The notes beneath the pieces are model-generated. The model had not been told where the DNA came from. It made no database searches and saw only the letters and a list, made by a program, of their open reading frames with translations. A stretch of 32,316 nucleotides of DNA from Pseudomonadota bacterium (lineage in GTDB: Bacteria > Bdellovibrionota_G > JALEGL01 > DATDPG01), in NCBI GenBank assembly GCA_043804515.1, contig JAZDIZ010000059.1:1-32316 (forward strand). The letters run 5' to 3'. Positions 26,536 to 32,316 of the stretch are shown here, in pieces. The position numbers were made by a program, and so were the translations under genes. Each line of letters begins with the position of its first letter. Position 1 is the stretch's first letter.

Positions 26536-27036
26536 CTACATCTTGTACTTCCCAAAGGCTTCGTCGGAAAGATTCTTCAGAAGTTCGGCCCATTCTTCAA
26601 CCGTCTTGGTTCCCGCCTTCAAGTCCTTGGCTTGCGGAGCCTTGGGGGCCTCGTCCAGGAGCCTGGATTCCACCAGGATGGGCGCCCCGAAGCGCAGCGC
26701 GACGGCGATCGCGTCACTAGGGCGGGCATCCACCCGCAGTTCGTTACCCTCGCGTCCTTGCACGACGAGGGAGGCATAGAACGTATTTTCCTTCAGGTCG
26801 TGGATCTCAACACGAAGTACCTTCGCCCCCACCGTCTCGATGACGTTCCGGACCAGATCGTGGGTCATGGGCCGAGCCAGACGGATCCCCTCCAGTTGGG
26901 TCGCGATCGCCGAGGCCTCGAAAATCCCGATCCAAATGGGAAGCGTCTTTTTCTTTTCGGGGTCCGCGAGCAGGACCATCGGCATGTTGGAATTGGGATC
27001 CAGGGCTAGGCCCGCCACCTTCACCTCAATCAACAT
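26536..27036 (-). CDS. bifunctional nuclease family protein (DUF151)
   Basis: LPIWIG.FEA.AIA, RPMTHDL, FYA.L, DARPSDAIAVA; start trimmed to MLIEVK. Confidence 0.92.
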   Translation of the reverse strand: MLIEVKVAGLALDPNSNMPMVLLADPEKKKTLPIWIGIFEASAIATQLEGIRLARPMTHDLVRNVIETVGAKVLRVEIHDLKENTFYASLVVQGREGNELRVDARPSDAIAVALRFGAPILVESRLLDEAPKAPQAKDLKAGTKTVEEWAELLKNLSDEAFGKYKM

Positions 27037-28370
27037 GGGCCTCCCAACCGCTCCGCAGCCAGGCAGTGGGCCATAGCCGACACTATTCTCACGCTTACCA
27101 GCCGCCCTGCATCCTCCGATTCCCCCGGAAAGTTGACCGCAAGGTTCGTTCGCGTCCTTCCGGTCCAATGTTCTTCTCCCCGCTTGGCCCTCCCCTCCAC
27201 GAGCACCTCCACCGCGGCACCGGTATACGCTTGATTGCGCCTTGCGCTCAATTCTCTCTGGAGCGCTTGAAGCCTTGCCAGGCGTTCCGAGGCCACCTCC
27301 GGGGGAACGAACTCAGCCGACCACTTTTCCGCCTTCGTATGCGGCCGTGGGGAGAAACAAAACGAATAGCTATCGGAAAATTCGAACTCACGCATTGCGG
27401 CCAACGTGGCCTCGAAGTCCTTCTCTGTTTCGGAAGGAAAGGCAACGATGAGATCCGTCGTGATATGAATTCCCGGAATCTTCTTTCGGAGGAGCTCCAT
27501 CACGTTCCTATAGTGGCCCATCGTATGTTGCCGGTTCATCTTCTCCAAGACCCGGTCGGATCCGCTCTGAAGCGGAAGATGAAGATGTTCGCAGACCTTT
27601 TCGTTCCCGGCCACACGTTCGATCAATTCTTCCGACATTTCGGCCGGATGGGAAGTCATAAACCTCAATCGTTTCAGGTCCTTGATGTTTGCTATTTCAT
27701 CCAGTAGGTCAGCGAAAGAAACCAGTCCCGAACGGTCACGGCCGTAAGCGTTGACGTTCTGGCCCAGGAGAACGACTTCCTTGACGCCGGCCGCCGTGAG
27801 CGCCCTGATTTCGGCCAAGATCTCCTCGGAGGGCCGGCTTACTTCCCTTCCACGCGTGAACGGGACCACGCAGAACGTGCAGAATTTGTTGCAGCCGTTT
27901 TGGACCGTGACGAATTCGGACACGGAGTGCGCGATTCGGGACTCGTAAACCGGGAGGAATCGATAATCCTTCCATCCGTAGAAATCGATCTCGATCAGCC
28001 TAAGCCGTTCGGCCCTGACCTTTTCGACAAGGTTCGGAAGCCTCGCCCACTGGTGAGTTCCCAAGACGAGATCCACGTAAGGGGCTCTGGCTTGGATTTC
28101 GGCGGCCATGGACTGCGCCATGCACCCGCCCACGGCGACGACCATATCGGGGTTGACGAGTTTGGCGGCTCTCAGGCGCCCGATCGACGAAAGGGCCTTT
28201 TGATCGGCCTTCTCCCGAACGGAGCAGGTGTTGAAAAGAACGACGTCGGCCTCTTCGGGCGTATCGCTCCACTCGTAGCCGTGCTGTTCGAGAAACATCC
28301 GGCGCATCCGATCGGACTCGTAATCGTTCATCTGGCAGCCGTACGTCTCGATGTGGATCCTAAGCGGCAT
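27030..28370 (-). CDS. miaB: tRNA-2-methylthio-N6-dimethylallyladenosine synthase
   Basis: TYGCQMN, NTCSVREKA, GCNKFCTFC radical SAM motif, LLGQNVNAYG, C-terminal TRAM. Confidence 0.95.
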   Translation of the reverse strand: MPLRIHIETYGCQMNDYESDRMRRMFLEQHGYEWSDTPEEADVVLFNTCSVREKADQKALSSIGRLRAAKLVNPDMVVAVGGCMAQSMAAEIQARAPYVDLVLGTHQWARLPNLVEKVRAERLRLIEIDFYGWKDYRFLPVYESRIAHSVSEFVTVQNGCNKFCTFCVVPFTRGREVSRPSEEILAEIRALTAAGVKEVVLLGQNVNAYGRDRSGLVSFADLLDEIANIKDLKRLRFMTSHPAEMSEELIERVAGNEKVCEHLHLPLQSGSDRVLEKMNRQHTMGHYRNVMELLRKKIPGIHITTDLIVAFPSETEKDFEATLAAMREFEFSDSYSFCFSPRPHTKAEKWSAEFVPPEVASERLARLQALQRELSARRNQAYTGAAVEVLVEGRAKRGEEHWTGRTRTNLAVNFPGESEDAGRLVSVRIVSAMAHCLAAERLGGPC

Positions 28371-28714
28371 GAACGAGCCAGAGTACTTGCGGCCTTATCC
28401 TGCGTCAAACCGGGGCCCGGTAGCTGGCACTCAGGCAAACAGTCTCCGGCCCCGTCATCAGGCATCAGGGCGAACAATGTATCAGACGATAGAGACACAG
28501 ATCCAAAGCCGCAGGCGGAAGCAAGAATCTTGCTCGATCGCCCCGGAGGAAGGCCATGAATGCAGATCCCCTAATTGGGGTGGTGTCCCTCGAATTTGAC
28601 GGCATCGTGTGACACGCAGAATGGGAACAGATATTCTCCCAGACTGGCAAGACTTTTGGGGGTGTTTTTACAAGCGCGAAGGCCATGACTGGATCGGTTC
28701 GGGGAGGACGAGAT

Positions 28715-29431
28715 ATGACAAGATTGAGCTTTCGTTGCTTTCTCATCATCGGCAGTTTGCTTTCCTTTTGGTGCAATGTCGCCGAGGCAACCGAGAAAGA
28801 TTGCCGAATCGGCGATTCCGGGGCCCCTGCAATCCTGCGGAACGTCGGAGTCCCGCTCTTGATCTCGGAACGAGATATCATCAGTCGTTCCTATTTTGAA
28901 AACTCTCTTCTAGTACAGGCAGTTACAGTCACCGATCAGCGTCCTGGGCAGGGCTGTACGTTATTATTTCGTCTCACCCTAAGAACGGATCTTTACTCGA
29001 CCGGCTATGGCATGGGTTTCGGGGGCAAGGGGCAGGTATCGTTTATGAGCACCACGAGTGCGCTTCCTCCGAGAATCGTGGCAGTTTACTTCAACGGAGA
29101 TGACGGTAAGGAATTTATTCAGGCCATGGATTACGTCCTACAGCATTGGGACCAGGCCAAAATAACCGTGGGCCAGAATTCGAGGCTGATTTTCAATCTC
29201 CGGTCCGGATTGGCAACGTGGGTCGGCGTAGAAAACAGGCAAATAAAAGCATTTGTCGGCCTTTGGGAACAAGGCGGCGGCCCGAAAGCTCCAAGTGACG
29301 ACGTTCTTGTGGCTTTCCCGTTCTCTTACAAGGAACATTACAAAGGGTTTCGAGATCAATTTACGACCTATTTCGGTGTCGACACGACGTCGGAAAAGAT
29401 CAACTCACTGTCCGAACCCGAGAAACATTGA
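28715..29431 (+). CDS. hypothetical exported protein
   Basis: SD GGAGG, signal-peptide-like N-terminus ending AEA; more AT-rich than flanks; no family recognised. Confidence 0.7.
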   Translation: MTRLSFRCFLIIGSLLSFWCNVAEATEKDCRIGDSGAPAILRNVGVPLLISERDIISRSYFENSLLVQAVTVTDQRPGQGCTLLFRLTLRTDLYSTGYGMGFGGKGQVSFMSTTSALPPRIVAVYFNGDDGKEFIQAMDYVLQHWDQAKITVGQNSRLIFNLRSGLATWVGVENRQIKAFVGLWEQGGGPKAPSDDVLVAFPFSYKEHYKGFRDQFTTYFGVDTTSEKINSLSEPEKH

Positions 29432-29461
29432 GTAGCCCTCCTATCCCCCAGGTACTGCAAA

Positions 29462-29556
29462 AAGGTACCTGCTTCCTTTTAACCGGCCATGGCTGAAAAG
29501 GAGGTATGCACCCAGTCGAGTCGGGGAAACGCGTAACAAAAGGAGGCAGGTACCTT
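29462..29556. repeat. REP-like inverted doublet
   Basis: AAGGTACCTGCTTCCTTTT (29462-29480) vs AAAAGGAGGCAGGTACCTT (29538-29556), 18/19 complementary; degenerate third copy 29496-29512. Confidence 0.75.
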
Positions 29557-29569
29557 CCGATACAGCGAT

Positions 29570-29711
29570 CCGAAGTCCGCAAAACCGTTTTCCGGATTCC
29601 GAAGCCGTTGTCGGTTGCCAGGTACGGACGCGGATGCCCGATTGCCCGCTGCCTGATATTTCCTCCGGAACCGGTTCCGGATAACGGTTAACGGACACCG
29701 GACTCCGGGTC
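29570..29711. repeat. degenerate 7-bp-period (C/A)CGG-NNN tract
   Basis: (C/A)CGG at 29677, 29684, 29691, 29698, 29705; weaker periodicity upstream. Confidence 0.65.
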
Positions 29712-29718
29712 TGAATCG

Positions 29719-30648
29719 TTACGCTGTTATCGCCTTCAGATTTTCCGCGCTGTCGGTCGTGAACCGGGCGATCTCGGGGGCGATCTTTTTGACTTGGCCG
29801 CTGATCACCTGCCCCGCGCCGACCTCCACGAACTCTTCCGGAGCGAACTCCCGTACCATCTTCAGGATGGATTGCGCCCAACGAACCGGCCGATAGACCT
29901 GGTCCACCAAGTGGGGAATCACGTCCGATGCCTTCCGGATCACGGCGCAATCCAGGTTGGCGATGTACGGAACCTCGGGGTCTCGGATCTCGATCTTCCG
30001 AAGCTCCGCTCCCAGCGGCTCCGCAGCGGGCTTCAAGAGGGAGCAATGAAAGGGAGCGCTTACCTTGAGGGGGATGCATTTCTTGACACCCCTCTCCTGC
30101 AACAACGTCACGGCCCGTGCTACGCCGTCGTTGGAACCGCTGATGACGAGTTGCCCGGGGCAGTTGTAGTTCGCCGGTTCCACGACGGTTCCGCCGGCGC
30201 TGACCGTGCGGCAGATCTCCTCCACGAGCGAATCTTCGGCTCCCAGAATCGCGGACATGGCGCCCGTTCCCAGGGGCACGGCTTCCTGCATGAAGCGCCC
30301 GCGGAGCCGAACGATCCGCACGGCGTCCCGGAACGCGATCGCGTTCGCCAGAACCAGGGCCGAATATTCTCCCAGGCTGTGCCCGGCCATCACCTCCGGC
30401 CGGATTCCCCTCTCCAGCAGGATTCTCCCGATTCCCACGCTCACCGCCAGAATCGCCGGCTGGGCGTTGGCTGTTTCCTTCAGCGTTTCCTCGGGACCTT
30501 CCAGGATCAGCTTGGAGAGCGGTTCTCCCAGAGCTTGGTCCGCCTCGTCCATCGTTGCTTTGAAAACGGGACTCACGTCGAATGCGTACCGTCCCATCCC
30601 GACCGACTGGGAACCCTGGCCCGGAAAAAGAAACGCGCGTTTGGTCAT
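29719..30648 (-). CDS. fabD: malonyl CoA-ACP transacylase
   Basis: FPGQGSQ, AQPAI, AGHSLGEYS, ANYNCPGQ.VISG, VSAPFH; start trimmed to MTKRAF. Confidence 0.96.
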   Translation of the reverse strand: MTKRAFLFPGQGSQSVGMGRYAFDVSPVFKATMDEADQALGEPLSKLILEGPEETLKETANAQPAILAVSVGIGRILLERGIRPEVMAGHSLGEYSALVLANAIAFRDAVRIVRLRGRFMQEAVPLGTGAMSAILGAEDSLVEEICRTVSAGGTVVEPANYNCPGQLVISGSNDGVARAVTLLQERGVKKCIPLKVSAPFHCSLLKPAAEPLGAELRKIEIRDPEVPYIANLDCAVIRKASDVIPHLVDQVYRPVRWAQSILKMVREFAPEEFVEVGAGQVISGQVKKIAPEIARFTTDSAENLKAITA

Positions 30649-31208
30649 TATGGTTTCTCCTTTGTGAGCAGCGTGAAGTAATGAACGAGGAGGGAATCGC
30701 CCCAATCCCTAACGCCTATGATTTTGTCCGTGATCCGGCCGGCCTTGTCGATCACATACGTTTCCGGCACTTTGAACGTTCCGTAGGCCGATGAGACTTT
30801 TTGATTGGAATCCAAGAGAACGGCATGGGACGGCAACTGCCCCTTCAGGTTCTTTCGTAGGAACGGGTCGACGCTTTTCACCCCGTCGTCGTCCATGCTG
30901 ACCGAAAGCATGACGAAAGGTGATCCGCGGAGGGCTCGGTTGAGTTCGTCCATCGTGGCGACTTCCGCCGCGCACGGCTCGCACCAGGTGGCCCAGAAGT
31001 TGAGAAAGACGACCTTTCCGCGAAACCTCGACAGCGAGAGCGTTTTCCCGTCCAGGGTTTTGAGCGTGAAATCGGGGGCGCAATCCCCTTCACGACCGCC
31101 GGTGACTCCAAGGCATGCCCTGGTTGCCGCTGGGGCACAGAGAGCTCCGGCCGCGTAGAAACAAAAAGCGCCGATCAACCCCCAAGCAATACTTGCCGCG
31201 CGAGGCAT
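30648..31208 (-). CDS. TlpA/ResA family thiol-disulfide oxidoreductase
   Basis: [27 protein letters not shown]-terminal hydrophobic anchor. Confidence 0.92.
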   Translation of the reverse strand: MPRAASIAWGLIGAFCFYAAGALCAPAATRACLGVTGGREGDCAPDFTLKTLDGKTLSLSRFRGKVVFLNFWATWCEPCAAEVATMDELNRALRGSPFVMLSVSMDDDGVKSVDPFLRKNLKGQLPSHAVLLDSNQKVSSAYGTFKVPETYVIDKAGRITDKIIGVRDWGDSLLVHYFTLLTKEKP

Positions 31209-31218
31209 TCGTCCGGGA

Positions 31219-31752
31219 CTACTTGTCGGTCTTTTTCCGCGGGGAGACCTTCATCTGAGTCTTGGCCTCCTTGGACACTTTGGGTACGGCTTTGGCCTCT
31301 TTGGAGAGAGCCTTGGGCTCGTTCGTGTCCTTCAAATCGGCCTTTTTCTTCTCGGCTTTCTTTTCCGAGGGAGTCTTCTTGGCGGGCTTCTTCTTTTCGG
31401 TTCCCAAGAGCTCGATGAGAGCCATCTCGGCGCCGTCTCCACGCCGCCGGTTCAGCTTGTAGATTCGCGTGTACCCGCCCGGCCGATCTTTCAACCGGGG
31501 GGCGATTTCCCCGAAGAGCTTGCGAACAACCTCGTCCCCGTAAAGAAACGCGGCAGCCTGGCGGCAGGCGTGAAGGTTCCCCCGTTTCGCCAGTGTCACG
31601 AGCGGTTCGACCACTCTTCTGAGTTCCTTGGCCTTCTGAATCGTGGTCTGAATACGGCCGTGATCCACAAGCGCGGTGGCAAGGCCGCGAAACATGGCTT
31701 TTCTTTGATCGGACCTGCGTCCGAACGTTCTTCCTGCGACTCGATGTCTCAT
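31219..31752 (-). CDS. rplQ: 50S ribosomal protein L17 with Lys-rich C-terminal extension
   Basis: MRHR...[26 protein letters not shown]...[12 protein letters not shown]. Confidence 0.96.
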   Translation of the reverse strand: MRHRVAGRTFGRRSDQRKAMFRGLATALVDHGRIQTTIQKAKELRRVVEPLVTLAKRGNLHACRQAAAFLYGDEVVRKLFGEIAPRLKDRPGGYTRIYKLNRRRGDGAEMALIELLGTEKKKPAKKTPSEKKAEKKKADLKDTNEPKALSKEAKAVPKVSKEAKTQMKVSPRKKTDK

Positions 31753-31763
31753 GGTTTGGATCC

Positions 31764-32316
31764 TTACCGGGCGGCCTCCGCGACGGAGGGGGCGCCTGTG
31801 TCATGGGTCTTTCGCACGTCCAGCTCCCGGAGGGCGAGATCATCCAGCTTCATGCCGAGGCTCAAGCCCATCTCGGCGAGGATCTCCTTGATCTCGTTCA
31901 AGGACTTGCGACCGAAGTTCTTGGTCTTGAGCATGTCGGATTCGGTCTTTTGAACCAGCTCTCCGATGAATTTGATGCTGGCGTTCTGTAGGCAATTCGC
32001 CGACCGGACGGACAGTTCCAGCTCATCCACCTTTCGAAGCAGGTTCTCGTTGATGGATGAGGCCGGCTTTTCCGCCACATCCGACAGCACTTCCGGCTTC
32101 TCATCGAAGTTGATGAAGATTTGAACCTGTTCCTTGAGGATCTTTGCCGCAAAGGCCACGGCGTCATCCGGGCGGACCGAACCGTTCGTCCAGACCTCGA
32201 GGGTCAGCTTGTCGAAGTCGGTCCTCTGGCCGACGCGCGCCTGGCCCACGGTGTAGTTCACCTTCTTGATGGGAGAGAAGATCGAGTCGATCGGGATCAC
32301 GCCGATCGATTGGTTC
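31764..32316 (-). CDS. rpoA: RNA polymerase alpha subunit, C-terminal part (start outside window)
   Basis: [50 protein letters not shown]. Confidence 0.97.
   Translation of the reverse strand, partial: NQSIGVIPIDSIFSPIKKVNYTVGQARVGQRTDFDKLTLEVWTNGSVRPDDAVAFAAKILKEQVQIFINFDEKPEVLSDVAEKPASSINENLLRKVDELELSVRSANCLQNASIKFIGELVQKTESDMLKTKNFGRKSLNEIKEILAEMGLSLGMKLDDLALRELDVRKTHDTGAPSVAEAAR

Noticed and set aside
290..32167. Numerous long overlapping or antisense ORFs in the track (e.g. 1865-3130, 4399-5448, 9133-10239, 21195-22091, 29794-30681)
   Set aside because: Shadow frames of recognisable genes in GC-rich DNA; Arg/Gly/Pro-biased and without motifs

Overview
GC-rich bacterial chromosomal segment, mostly housekeeping genes. 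The gene content resembles deltaproteobacteria/Bdellovibrionota/Myxococcota (inference only). In order: partial dapF and lysA; a nucleotide-sugar dehydrogenase; a long Rel/SpoT; rpmB-radC-hicA-hicB; a complex I operon with only nuoA,C,E,F,H,J,K,L,M,N (B, D, G and I cleanly absent) followed by a CrtI-like FAD oxidoreductase; a membrane Ser/Thr kinase fused to a HExxH metallopeptidase-like domain; pyrE; an internally deleted DJ-1/YajL pseudogene; a stand-alone Tudor-like protein; a miaB-DUF151-gamma-CA-cNMP-archaeal-type-GAPDH-like operon; and fabD-tlpA-rplQ-rpoA (rpoA partial). Two orphan secreted-protein genes lie on the + strand. Intergenic regions hold several kinds of structured repeat: long hairpins sharing one GGGGACACCC inner module, a REP-like doublet, and 7-bp-period CCGG/TTAA tracts. 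I recognised no tRNA, rRNA, CRISPR array, integrase or transposase. All calls come from motif reading by eye; no searches were run.
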